64,000 bases of DNA from Kiritimatiellia bacterium (GCA_050949565.1 JBMNFY010000017.1:1056001-1120000); one strand, 5' to 3'; numbered from the stretch's first letter, positions 1 through 9,188 are shown. Notes: a model not told the origin generated them from the letters alone. Numbers and translations are program-made.

Positions 1-587
1 ATGCCGACGATCGGCCCCTCAGCGGGCAGCCCGAAACGCTGACGCGCGGCGGCACGGGACACAGCGGTGAAGCGTTCCGGATCGATCCCATTGTGGACCA
101 CGCGGATCCGGCCGAGGATGCGTGGCGAAAGGATTTCCACCAGGTATTCATCCACCGCGCCCGAGACAGCAATGATGCGCGAGGCCCTCTTTGCCGCATC
201 GCGAGCGACCACGGTCGGCAGCCGTACGTCGCGCACATGCCACACCAACGGGATGTTTGATGAGATTGTGCGGGACGCGAGAAAAGCGGGAAGGCTGTTG
301 GCGTGAACGATATCCGGCTTGACGGTGTGGGCAATCCGGTAAATCGTACTGGGTGCGCGCATCAGCTTAGCCGCCGTTGAGAAAAGGCCCCGCCCGCGCC
401 GCGACGCACGCAATGGCGATACAGGAAAAACCGCGACACCGCTTGCCGACAAGCGGTCAAACAAGGGTCCCTGCGGAACGGCAGCTACAACCTCAACTCC
501 GTGCGACGGCAATCGGGCACACACTTCGAGCAGACTGTACTGCGCACCCCCCAGTTCAGAAACTAGGTCAACCCACAACACACGCAT
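1..587 (-). CDS. Glycosyltransferase family 4 (GT-B), 3' end runs off the window
   Basis: Manual translation from ATG 587 (not in ORF track): MRVLWVDLVSELGGAQYSLL...VKPDIVHANS...WHVRD...IIAVS...RIRVVHNGIDPERF, typical GT4 N-terminal domain motifs. Confidence 0.85.
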   Translation of the reverse strand, partial: MRVLWVDLVSELGGAQYSLLEVCARLPSHGVEVVAAVPQGPLFDRLSASGVAVFPVSPLRASRRGRGLFSTAAKLMRAPSTIYRIAHTVKPDIVHANSLPAFLASRTISSNIPLVWHVRDVRLPTVVARDAAKRASRIIAVSGAVDEYLVEILSPRILGRIRVVHNGIDPERFTAVSRAAARQRFGLPAEGPIVG

Positions 588-719
588 AGAAGGGAAATGA
601 TACCAAATCATCCCCAAATTCAAAAGTCGGAAATTGAAAAATGAGTTCACTCCGTAGTAAACGATATTGCTCTATCCGGCGCAACGGCAAGCACAAGGCA
701 ACGCAGAACGCCTTCATCA

Positions 720-1477
720 TCACGGCACCCAATCAAGCCAGACACAGAACCGCCACTTGTTTTCATGCCAGAGAACCGTGACATTGCCCCAATCTTTGTC
801 CCCCCCCCCGCCGATGGGCTTGATTCGGGAACCTGCATCCACAAATTGGTGGCCGCTGGCCCATCGGAGCTATATGTGAACCCGAGAATGCTTGGCGGAT
901 AATACGTCTGGTCACACAAGTCCGACATGATTTGCGGTGCAAGATTGACGATCGCGTTTGACTCGGCATTCGCGTCCGGGAGGGCATTCTTAAACATAAT
1001 GTAGTCGGGCAAAGCATTTGACGACATGCCAGGAAAGTTCGTTGACGAGACGAACGCCACAAACTCATAGGCTGCGGCCACGATGTTTGAGTTCGCGGCG
1101 GCGAACGCGAAGGCGTTGGTGTAGGCGTCGCTGAGTTTTTTGGGGATATGTAAAGCCAGACCTGCTGCACCGCTTGACACGACGTTGTCGGGGAAGTCGA
1201 TTGTCTCTGGATAATACGGGGTAATGTCTGGATTGTGAAGATGCGCGACAAAAGCGGGGTCATCAGCACCCAGCCTGAACTGCGTCGCTTTTCCCCACTC
1301 ACTCAAGCATATCCGCAAATCAGCCGTGATCGCCGACTTAGCCGATTCGGAAAGATTGGTGTCAGCAAACGCGAGGTTGATCGCGTTTGAGTGTGTCCCG
1401 TAATAAACGACATTGCTTTGGCCGGTGCAGTAGCAAGCACAAAGCACGGCGGCAATTAAAACGGTCGGTGTTTTCAT
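720..1477 (-). CDS. Locus A partner (immunity-like) paralogue 6, exported; apparent frameshift in a G10 run at 800-809
   Basis: Signal peptide MKTPTVLI..CACYCTGQSNVVYYGT and family hinge SDAYTNAFAFAAANSNIVAAAYEF; changing frame at the C10 run restores the family ending DWGNVTVLWHENKWRFCVWLDWVP* (stop at 720) instead of the ORF-track tail to 647. Confidence 0.8.
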
Positions 1478-1480
1478 GGG

Positions 1481-2230
1481 TTATTGCGGTAGCTCATAAT
1501 GCGGATTCTTTTCCCAAATGCTGAATTTCCACTTCCCGTCATGCCAGATGGCGGTGACTGGCCCCCATTCGATATATCCGCACACGGGGGATGACGAGGG
1601 GATGTAGAGCCACAGATTGGTCGGCGCCGGCCCTTCTGGACTGTAGTGGAAGCCGAGAACGCTCGGCGGATAGTAGGATGACCCATGAACGGAATTTGTC
1701 AGGTCGTGGAACGCCAACTGATATAACTGCGGTGTGGCTTGGTTGAACAGGAAGTAATTTGCTATTTGGTTGGAGGTGACGCTTAAAAAATTGGTTGAGG
1801 AGACGAATGCCACGAATTCATAGGCTGCGGCCACGATGTTGGAGTTGGCGGCGGCGAACGCGAAGGCGTTGGTGTAAGCGTCGCTGAGTTTTTTGGGGAT
1901 ATGTAAAGCCAGACCTGCTGCACCGCTTGACACGACGTTGTCGGGGAAGTCGATTGTCTCTGGATAATACGGGGTAATGTCTGGATTGTGAAGATGCGCG
2001 ACAAAAGCGGGGTCATCAGCACCCAGCCTGAACTGCGTCGCTTTTCCCCACTCGCTCAAACACACCCGCAAATCAGCCGTGATCGCCGACTTAGCCGATT
2101 CGGAAAGATTGGTGTCAGCAAACGCGAGACTGATCGGGCTTGCGTTCGTCCCGTAGTAAACGACGTTGCTCTGCCCGGCGCAATGGCAAGCACAAAGCAT
2201 AACGGTAATTAAAACGAATTTCGTTTTCAT
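1481..2230 (-). CDS. Locus A partner paralogue 5, exported, 249 aa
   Basis: Signal peptide, GQSNVVYYGTN, central hinge, WHDGKWKF end motif. Confidence 0.85.
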   Translation of the reverse strand: MKTKFVLITVMLCACHCAGQSNVVYYGTNASPISLAFADTNLSESAKSAITADLRVCLSEWGKATQFRLGADDPAFVAHLHNPDITPYYPETIDFPDNVVSSGAAGLALHIPKKLSDAYTNAFAFAAANSNIVAAAYEFVAFVSSTNFLSVTSNQIANYFLFNQATPQLYQLAFHDLTNSVHGSSYYPPSVLGFHYSPEGPAPTNLWLYIPSSSPVCGYIEWGPVTAIWHDGKWKFSIWEKNPHYELPQ

Positions 2231-2242
2231 GTCAGTATTCCC

Positions 2243-2581
2243 CTATGGCAGAACAGGGCGTCTTTTGACGTACTTGTCTGTGTTGGGCCCCACGTAAATG
2301 CAGGGGCGGTTGAGATTGCGGTTGATGTCCGTGGACAGCACCGGATTGCCATCAAGTTGCAAAGCGCGGATGAACGGATAAACATCTTGATCTCTGTGGC
2401 TTTTTGCTGACGAGGGTATCCCCAGTGAATCGAATGGTGCGTACAGGTCGGCTGTCCCTGCCGCGATCGGAGCAGTAATGAGTTGTCCTTGGTCGTCATA
2501 CATCGCCTGGTGCCCATGCTTGTCGGACACCGGGTTTGAACGCATCTCGTACTTCGCGTCATGGTGCAAATACGTGTCCAT
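2243..2581 (-). CDS. Orphan C-terminal tip cassette (AMOP-like), near-identical to the tip of 6073-8193
   Basis: MDTYLHHDAKYEMRS...HGHQAMY...AAGTADLYAPFDS.GIPSSAKSHRDQDVYPFIRALQLDGNP...RRPVLP aligns with the last ~110 aa of the 706-aa protein. Confidence 0.8.
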   Translation of the reverse strand: MDTYLHHDAKYEMRSNPVSDKHGHQAMYDDQGQLITAPIAAGTADLYAPFDSLGIPSSAKSHRDQDVYPFIRALQLDGNPVLSTDINRNLNRPCIYVGPNTDKYVKRRPVLP

Positions 2582-2616
2582 GGGTTAAAAAACAAAAAAA
2601 CAGGTGTCTTGCGTTC

Positions 2617-3393
2617 TCACGGCATCCATTCATTCCAAGAACAAAACACCCATTTGCCATTGTGCCAGAGAACGGAATAACCTGACCACTCCATCATATT
2701 GTTAGAGGGAAGTGTCGAACTTGGAATATTTAACCACAGATTGGAGGCCGAAGGTCCCTCTGGGCTATAATAGAAACCCAGAACACTCGGAGTGTAAAAG
2801 GTCTGGTAGCATAACCCCGGAATGATTTGCGATGCAAGGCGAACGATCTCGTTTGACTCGGTGATGGTTTCGGAATACTTGTTTTTAAGCAGGATGTAGT
2901 TCGGCAAAGCGTTCGACGAGAGGGAAACAAAATTACTGGATGAAATGAACGCCACGAACTCGTAGGCGGCGGCCACGACGTTGGAATTTGCGGCGGCGAA
3001 CGCGAAGGCGTTGGTGTAGGCGTCGCTGAGTTTTTTGGGGATATAAAGGGCGGGGCCTGACGGGGTGTTTGTGACACCTTTAGGAAATTCAATGTTTTCT
3101 GGATAATGCGGGCTGATGGAGGGACGTTCAAGATAGCCGATCAGTCCCGGCTCATCGGCACCGAGATCAAGGCTTAAGTACGTCTCTTTGCCCCATTCGC
3201 TCAAACATATCTGCAAATCAGCCACAATAGAAGCCTGCGCTGACACGGAAAGGCTGGCGTCAGCAAACGCGACATTTATCGGGCTTGCGTTTGTCCCATA
3301 GTAAACGACGTTACTCTGTCCGTGACACTGATTGACCAGTAACAACACGGATACGAAGAGGATGGAAGGACTAACTGTTTTTTTGATTTTCAT
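2617..3393 (-). CDS. Locus A partner paralogue 4, exported, 258 aa
   Basis: Different signal peptide but same GQSNVVYYGTN, hinge and WHNGKW motifs; start overlaps the stop of the upstream orphan tip. Confidence 0.85.
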   Translation of the reverse strand: MKIKKTVSPSILFVSVLLLVNQCHGQSNVVYYGTNASPINVAFADASLSVSAQASIVADLQICLSEWGKETYLSLDLGADEPGLIGYLERPSISPHYPENIEFPKGVTNTPSGPALYIPKKLSDAYTNAFAFAAANSNVVAAAYEFVAFISSSNFVSLSSNALPNYILLKNKYSETITESNEIVRLASQIIPGLCYQTFYTPSVLGFYYSPEGPSASNLWLNIPSSTLPSNNMMEWSGYSVLWHNGKWVFCSWNEWMP

Positions 3394-3758
3394 CGTTGTT
3401 TTCCTGTTGGTAAAACGGGGCGCCTTTCGACGTACTTGTCCGTGTTGGGTCCCCTGTAAATGCAGGGGCGGTTGAGATTGCGGTTGATGTATCGAGGGAG
3501 CACCGGATTGCCATCGAGTTGCAACGCTCTAAGAAACGGTTGGACATCTTGTTTCAAATGCTTATTCCCTGTCCTTGCGCGCAACGTGTCGTTGGCATGG
3601 TATGGAGCCGCAATATCCGCCGTTCCTGCGGCGATGGGAGTTTCAATCAGCACGCCATTCGCATCGTATGTGGCCTGATGGCCATGCCCACCTGAAATAG
3701 GACCCGAGCGCATCTCGTACTTCGCGTCATGGTGAAGGAAGGCGTCTTTCGTTCTCAC
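3390..3758 (-). CDS. Orphan C-terminal tip cassette (divergent AMOP-like variant)
   Basis: GTG 3758 overlaps the upstream stop (GTGA); RTKDAFLHHDAKYEMRS...GHGHQATYD...AAGTADIAAPYHANDTLRARTGNKHLKQDVQPFLRALQLDGNP. Confidence 0.75.
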   Translation of the reverse strand: MRTKDAFLHHDAKYEMRSGPISGGHGHQATYDANGVLIETPIAAGTADIAAPYHANDTLRARTGNKHLKQDVQPFLRALQLDGNPVLPRYINRNLNRPCIYRGPNTDKYVERRPVLPTGKQR

Positions 3759-4498
3759 GGCACCCAACTGTCCCAGATGCAGAACTTCCATTTGTTGTCA
3801 TGCCAGATGGCAGGAAAGGCATTCCATCCTTTCTCATCCATATAACGAAGAGGGATCGAGCAAGGAACAAGCATCCATAAATTTGTAGCGGCAGGCCCCT
3901 CGGCACTGTATTGAAAGCCCAGAATGCTGGGGGGGTAAAACGTTTGACACCGTAACTCGGATATGGTCTCCTGTGCGTCGGCAATAATCTCGTTCGAAGT
4001 GGTGTTTTTTTGCAGGACATAATTAGGAAGGTCATTGGAAGAAATGGCAACAAAGTTGCTGGAAGAGACGAACGCCACGAACTCGTAGGCGGCGGCCACG
4101 ATGTTGGAATTTGCGGCGGCGAACGCGAAGGCGTTGGTGTAGGCATCGCTGAGCGCCTTGGGAATCTGCAGTGCGGGGCCTGACGGGGTGTTTGTGACAC
4201 CATCAGGGAAGTCAATGCTTTCTGGATAATGCGGGCTGATAGAAGGACGTTGAAGGTAGCCGATCAGCCCCGGCTCATCGGCACCAAGATCAAGACTTAA
4301 ATACGTCTTTTTGCCCCACTCGCTCAAGCATATCTGCAAATCAGCCACAATGGAGGCTTTTGCCGACACGGAGAGGTTTGGGTCAACGAATGAGACGCTA
4401 ATCGAACTTGCATTGGTTCCGTAGTAAACGACGTTACTCTGTCCGGCACAATGGCAAGCACAAAGCACGGCGACAATTAAAGCACTCGTTGTTTTCAT
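3755..4498 (-). CDS. Locus A partner paralogue 3, exported, 247 aa
   Basis: Signal peptide MKTTSALIVAVLCACHCAG, hinge, WHDNKWKF. Confidence 0.85.
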   Translation of the reverse strand: MKTTSALIVAVLCACHCAGQSNVVYYGTNASSISVSFVDPNLSVSAKASIVADLQICLSEWGKKTYLSLDLGADEPGLIGYLQRPSISPHYPESIDFPDGVTNTPSGPALQIPKALSDAYTNAFAFAAANSNIVAAAYEFVAFVSSSNFVAISSNDLPNYVLQKNTTSNEIIADAQETISELRCQTFYPPSILGFQYSAEGPAATNLWMLVPCSIPLRYMDEKGWNAFPAIWHDNKWKFCIWDSWVP

Positions 4499-4510
4499 GT
4501 CGGTATTTCC

Positions 4511-4570
4511 TCAAGGCAGAACCGGGCGTCTTTCGACGTACTTGTCCGTGTTTGGCCCCGTGTAGATGCC
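4511..4570 (-). pseudogene. Remnant of a tip cassette (last ~18 codons)
   Basis: Encodes IYTGPNTDKYVERRPVLP* followed by the same GGAAATACCGAC-ATG spacer found after the main gene (6061-6072). Confidence 0.75.
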
Positions 4571-4581
4571 TTTCAGGATTC

Positions 4582-5313
4582 TCAATCGCGCCATACGCAG
4601 AATTTCCATTTTCCATCATGCCAGATGGCGGAGAAGGCATGCCATCCTTTCCCGTCCATATAACGAAGAGGGATCGAGCACGGAACAAACATCCATAAAT
4701 TTGTAGCGGCAGGCCCCTCGGTACTGTATTGAAAACCTAGAATGCTGGGGGGGTAGTACGTTTGACACCGTAACTCGGATATAGTTTCCTGTGCATCGGC
4801 AATAATCTCATTTGTGGTGGTGTTCTTTTGCAGGACATAATTGGGTAGGTCGTTAGAGGAAATCGCAACAAAGTTGCTGGACGAGACAAACGCCACAAAC
4901 TCATAGGCCGCAGCCACGATATTGGAGTTCGCGGCGGCGAACGCGAAGGCGTTGGTGTAGGCATCGCTGAGTTTTTTGGGAATATGCAGGGCATAGCCGC
5001 ATAAATCGCTGGACACAACATTATCAGGGAAGTCAAGCGTTTCAGGATAATATGGTGTGATCTTGGGATTGTAAAGATGCGCAACAAAAGCGGGATCATC
5101 AGCGCCAAGCCTGAACTGCGTCGCTCTCCCCCACTCACTCAAGCATATCCGTAAATCCGATGTGATGGCCGATTTAGCGGATTCTGAAAGATTGGTATCT
5201 ACAAACGCGAGGCTGATCGGGCTTGCATTTGTCCCATAGTAAACGACGTTACTCTGTCCGGCACAATGGCAAGCACAAAGCACGGCGACAATTAAAACGG
5301 TCGGTGTTTTCAT
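4582..5313 (-). CDS. Locus A partner paralogue 2, exported, 243 aa
   Basis: Signal peptide, hinge, WHDGKWKF. Confidence 0.85.
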   Translation of the reverse strand: MKTPTVLIVAVLCACHCAGQSNVVYYGTNASPISLAFVDTNLSESAKSAITSDLRICLSEWGRATQFRLGADDPAFVAHLYNPKITPYYPETLDFPDNVVSSDLCGYALHIPKKLSDAYTNAFAFAAANSNIVAAAYEFVAFVSSSNFVAISSNDLPNYVLQKNTTTNEIIADAQETISELRCQTYYPPSILGFQYSTEGPAATNLWMFVPCSIPLRYMDGKGWHAFSAIWHDGKWKFCVWRD

Positions 5314-5319
5314 GGGGTG

Positions 5320-6060
5320 TTACGGTCGAGTATAAAAGGGATTCTTTTCCCAAATGCTGAATTTCCACTTTCCGTCATGCCAGATGGCGGTGACTGGCCC
5401 CCATTCGATATATCCGCACACGGGGGATGACGAGGGGATGTAGAGCCACAGATTGGTCGGCGCCGGCCCTTCTGGACTGTAGTGGAAGCCGAGAACGCTC
5501 GGCGGATAGTAGGATGACCTGTGGACTGAATTTGTCAGGTCGTGGAACGCCAACTGATATAACTGCGGTGTGGCTTGGTTGAACAGGAAGTAATTTGCTA
5601 TTTGGTTGGAGGTGACGCTTAAAAAATTGGTTGAAGAAACAAACGCCACAAACTCATGGGCTGCGGCCACGATGTTGGAGTTGGCGGCGGCGAACGCAAA
5701 GGCGTTGGTGTAGGCATCGCTGAGCGCCTTGGGGATATGCAGAGCCAAACCTGATGCGCCGTTTGACACAACATTTTCAGGGAACATTATGTCTTCGGGG
5801 TAATGCGGACAGTGGGTAGGGTTGTCGATGTATCCGACATACCCCCCCTCGTTCATCATGCGCAATTCGCCCTTCCCCCACTCACTCAAGCATATCCGTA
5901 AATCCGCCGTGATCGCCGATTTAGCGGATTCTGAAAGATTGGTATCTACAAACGCGAGGCTGATCGGGCTTGCATTTGTCCCATAGTAAACGACGTTACT
6001 CTGTCCGGCACAATGGCAAGCACAAAGCACGGCGACAATTAAAGCACTCGTTGTTTTCAT
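5320..6060 (-). CDS. Locus A cognate partner (paralogue 1), exported, 246 aa
   Basis: Directly downstream of the 706-aa gene with an RBS (AAGGA); signal peptide and family motifs. Confidence 0.85.
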   Translation of the reverse strand: MKTTSALIVAVLCACHCAGQSNVVYYGTNASPISLAFVDTNLSESAKSAITADLRICLSEWGKGELRMMNEGGYVGYIDNPTHCPHYPEDIMFPENVVSNGASGLALHIPKALSDAYTNAFAFAAANSNIVAAAHEFVAFVSSTNFLSVTSNQIANYFLFNQATPQLYQLAFHDLTNSVHRSSYYPPSVLGFHYSPEGPAPTNLWLYIPSSSPVCGYIEWGPVTAIWHDGKWKFSIWEKNPFYTRP

Positions 6061-6072
6061 GTCGGTATTTCC

Positions 6073-8193
6073 TTAAGGCAGAACCGGGCGTCTTTCGACG
6101 TACTTGTCCGTGTTGGGTCCCCTGTAAATGCAGGGGCGGTTGAGATTGCGGTTGATGTCCGTGGGCAGCACTGGGTTACCATCAAGTTGCAAAGCGCGGA
6201 TGAACGGATAAACATCTTGATCTCTGTGGCTTTTTGCTGACGAGGGTATTCCCCGTGAATCGAATGGTGCGTACAGGTCGGCTGTCCCTGCCGCGATCGG
6301 AGCAGTAATGAGTTGTCCTCCTATGTTGTACATCGCTTGGTGCCCATGCCCGCCGGACGTCGGTTTTGAACGCATCTCGTACTTCGCGTCATGATGAAGG
6401 AAGGTGTTTTTCGCTTCGGGAGCATGCCATCGTCCGCCGATGCCGAAAGGATTGGGTTCCGGATCGACGGCATTTGTGGTTCCATTGGAAATATTGATGG
6501 TGATGCTGGCAAACGGGCGCGGCAGGTTTGTCGTCCAACTGATGTCGGCGTTTTGCGCGTACCAATCATCGAATTTTGCCTGTGTGTCAGACCTGTTGAC
6601 GACCACCCAAAGCTTGTCGAAAATAACGCCTGGTTCCGAATCATTGGGCTTGTAGTGCAGCTTGACCAGCGAAATGGCGGGCTTAAATTCCTTAGGATTT
6701 TCGCCAAAGATCAGTTCGCCGTTGCCGTTGACCGTCAGGTTGTCGGAGGTGAAGCTCAGCTTGTCAATATTAGGCATGTTCAGATAGCAGTCGTCCAGCA
6801 GGTCGAACAAGTCAATCTTCTCGCCGGCGCTCCAGACCACGCCGAGGCAGTGCTCGGTGGGGTTGAGGTCGGTCTTGTCGGGCCCGATGTAGGGGAAGAT
6901 GTTGCGGGTGTTGACGGCGGAGTGACTGAAGCCGATGTCCCAACGCGGCCCGCCGTCACAGATGCAGCCGATCCCGCCGCAAAGGGATGAATCGTGGTAA
7001 CCCGGCTCGTGCCAATAGTTTTGTTCCGCGCCGAAGACCCCGCCGACGGCCTCGCACAGCCTGACCCGGAAGATGACCCTGCCGTGCAGGAAGGGGTAGG
7101 CCGCGTTCGCCACGGGCTGGGTCACCGTGCACTCGATGCAGGGCTGCCGCGCAAAGAAGGTATCCAGCGCGTCCTCTTTGGGGATGAGCGGGGTGTCGCC
7201 CTTGACGCCGTTCATCGCCATGCTGACGGTATCGCAGCCGATCATCGCGTAATCCGGCCAGGTGCACGAGTCATTTTCGCACAGGCAGTACCAGCCGCTC
7301 CCGCCCAGGAACACTGTGCCATCCGTCATGCGCAGGGGCTGGACCGTGACGGACGGGGCCGGTGTATCCAGAGGGCGGACGGGACCGGCGGGCGGCGGCG
7401 CGAGCAGGAGGAGGCCGTTCACGCTGTCCGGGTTGCCGGGCGGGGGCGGCGGCGTCTGGCCGGCCGTGAAAACGACGGTGTTGGCGTGCGCCGGAAGGAC
7501 GGACATTTCGCAGAGCCACGGCCCGTTGGTCGCGCCGGGGAGTTCCGCGAGCGTTCCGGGCAGGGGGTCGAGCGTGAGCGTGACCGGCCCGCCGTAGGCC
7601 GCCCGGAGGCGCACGCGGCCGGTCCCGGCCCGGACCGGGAAGCTGTTGGTCGTGAGCGCGTCGCCCACCGTGAGCCACACGGGCCGGTCGGTGCGCGTCT
7701 CCAGCCAGAAATCCACGGTGCCCGCCTCCTCCGAGTAGGGCGGCGTGTTGTAGACGAATCCCGAGTAGGCCACGGCAAAACCCTCCGTGTTGGTGGCGGT
7801 CAGCCTCTGCCACGTCTGCGCGTCCCAGCCCAGCCACGCCAGCCACTGGGCGTGGCTGACCGTCGGCACGACCCGGAAGGCGGCGTCCAGCCCCGCGCCG
7901 CGCTTCTCGAGGTCCGACCAGCCGTCGCCCATGGTCGAGAAGGTGCGCGGGTCGGAGCCGAAGGCGAACTCCTCCAGGTCGGTCAGCCCGTCGCCGTCCC
8001 GGTCGAGGTGGGAGTCCGCGACGGCCGGGTCGCTGAACGTCCTCCGCTCCCAGGCGTCGGGGATGCCGTCGCCGTCGGTGTCCGCCGCGGGCAGCCCCGC
8101 GTCCTGATACCACTGGGGAAGGGCGGCCCGCCCCGGCAAGACCGCGGCCAGCAAACCGGCCGCTGCGCAACAGATTGGAAGCATGGTTTTCAC
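6073..8193 (-). CDS. Large exported protein: DxDGDG Ca-binding (thrombospondin type-3-like) loops, Cys-rich middle, variable AMOP-like C-terminal tip
   Basis: Signal peptide; DTDGDGIPDAWE and DRDGDGLTDLEE; several Cys pairs; C-terminus duplicated as orphan cassettes downstream; GC content visibly drops below ~6790. Confidence 0.8.
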   Translation of the reverse strand: MKTMLPICCAAAGLLAAVLPGRAALPQWYQDAGLPAADTDGDGIPDAWERRTFSDPAVADSHLDRDGDGLTDLEEFAFGSDPRTFSTMGDGWSDLEKRGAGLDAAFRVVPTVSHAQWLAWLGWDAQTWQRLTATNTEGFAVAYSGFVYNTPPYSEEAGTVDFWLETRTDRPVWLTVGDALTTNSFPVRAGTGRVRLRAAYGGPVTLTLDPLPGTLAELPGATNGPWLCEMSVLPAHANTVVFTAGQTPPPPPGNPDSVNGLLLLAPPPAGPVRPLDTPAPSVTVQPLRMTDGTVFLGGSGWYCLCENDSCTWPDYAMIGCDTVSMAMNGVKGDTPLIPKEDALDTFFARQPCIECTVTQPVANAAYPFLHGRVIFRVRLCEAVGGVFGAEQNYWHEPGYHDSSLCGGIGCICDGGPRWDIGFSHSAVNTRNIFPYIGPDKTDLNPTEHCLGVVWSAGEKIDLFDLLDDCYLNMPNIDKLSFTSDNLTVNGNGELIFGENPKEFKPAISLVKLHYKPNDSEPGVIFDKLWVVVNRSDTQAKFDDWYAQNADISWTTNLPRPFASITINISNGTTNAVDPEPNPFGIGGRWHAPEAKNTFLHHDAKYEMRSKPTSGGHGHQAMYNIGGQLITAPIAAGTADLYAPFDSRGIPSSAKSHRDQDVYPFIRALQLDGNPVLPTDINRNLNRPCIYRGPNTDKYVERRPVLP

Positions 8194-8203
8194 GTCATCG
8201 CAC

Positions 8204-9188
8204 TCATTTTAGGAGAAGCACCGACCCCCACACAAGCCCGTAGCTGAGTCCCGCGTCGATCGCGGCCCGGCGCTGCTCCGGCGAGGCGGGGTGCGGGGCA
8301 AGACCCCAGCGGATCGAGAGATAGTTGGCCACGCCCGCCCGGACATCCGCGTCCGGCGGCGTGTTGAACCCCACGATCTCCGCGATCTCCCCCCCGCCAG
8401 CCGCGATTCCAGGCGGGGCGTCCGGCTGTGCCGCCGAAAAACATTTCGGTGAGATCGGCGGGACTTTCGAAGTCGACGGCGACAACCTGCCACTGCTGCG
8501 GGATGAATTGCTGTGTCAGCGACAGCTCCGCCGCCCCCGGCTCCGTCTGGCGGCTGCCGTCGGAAACGAGCCGCAGGCGCGCCGTTTCCGGCGCGTCAAC
8601 GAGCGTGGCGAGGTCGGCGGCGTCCCCGCGCGTCACGAGCATGAGGGTCTGGACCGTGACCGCCGCGACATTGGAGAAACAGACGGGGGAGACGGGGTTC
8701 GTCGCGTTGCCCGCGAACGAGAGCGCGTTGAGCCTGGGCGTGGCGGGCACGGCGGCGGGCAGGCTCCAGCCCGGCTCGCCGCTGAACGCGGCCGCGACCC
8801 TGGGGTCGGCGGCGAGTGTGGCCTGGAGCACAATGCGGGAGGGTTCGGACTGGACGCCGGACGGTCCGCCCTGCGTCGCGGGCAAGGGCGGCTGCGTTGA
8901 GGGCGAGGCGGGCTGCGCCTGTTGTTGCTGAGCGACCGCGCCGCCCGCCGGCTGTCCGGTGTGCGGCGACGCGGCGGTGCTGTTCACGTTGGTCGGCTTC
9001 TGCGCGACCACCGTGCAATACACGCATAACACGGCCATGATGGCCTTCGTGGAAGGCGGCAAGGTTGCCCAGTTCCGCCATACGTCGCGGAACCACCCGC
9101 GCTCCAAACCGAGGGCGATGAACCAGAGCGTCCACAGGATGCTGACCGTGATCACGCAATAAAGGTATGAAGGAGTTGGCATATCCAA
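8204..9188 (-). CDS. Membrane-anchored leader protein with LamG/ConA-like C-terminal segment; apparent frameshift at 8389-8395
   Basis: Two N-terminal hydrophobic segments and a P/Q/S linker; removing one G from the G7 run joins ...WNRGWRG to EIAEIVGFNTPPDADVRAGVANYLSIRWGL...WGSVLLLK*, a LamG-like GxIAExxxF...YLxxxWGL pattern. Confidence 0.65.

Noticed and set aside
647-6580. Diversity-generating retroelement explanation for the variable repeats
   Set aside because: No reverse transcriptase in the window, and differences are block swaps and indels rather than adenine-specific substitutions.
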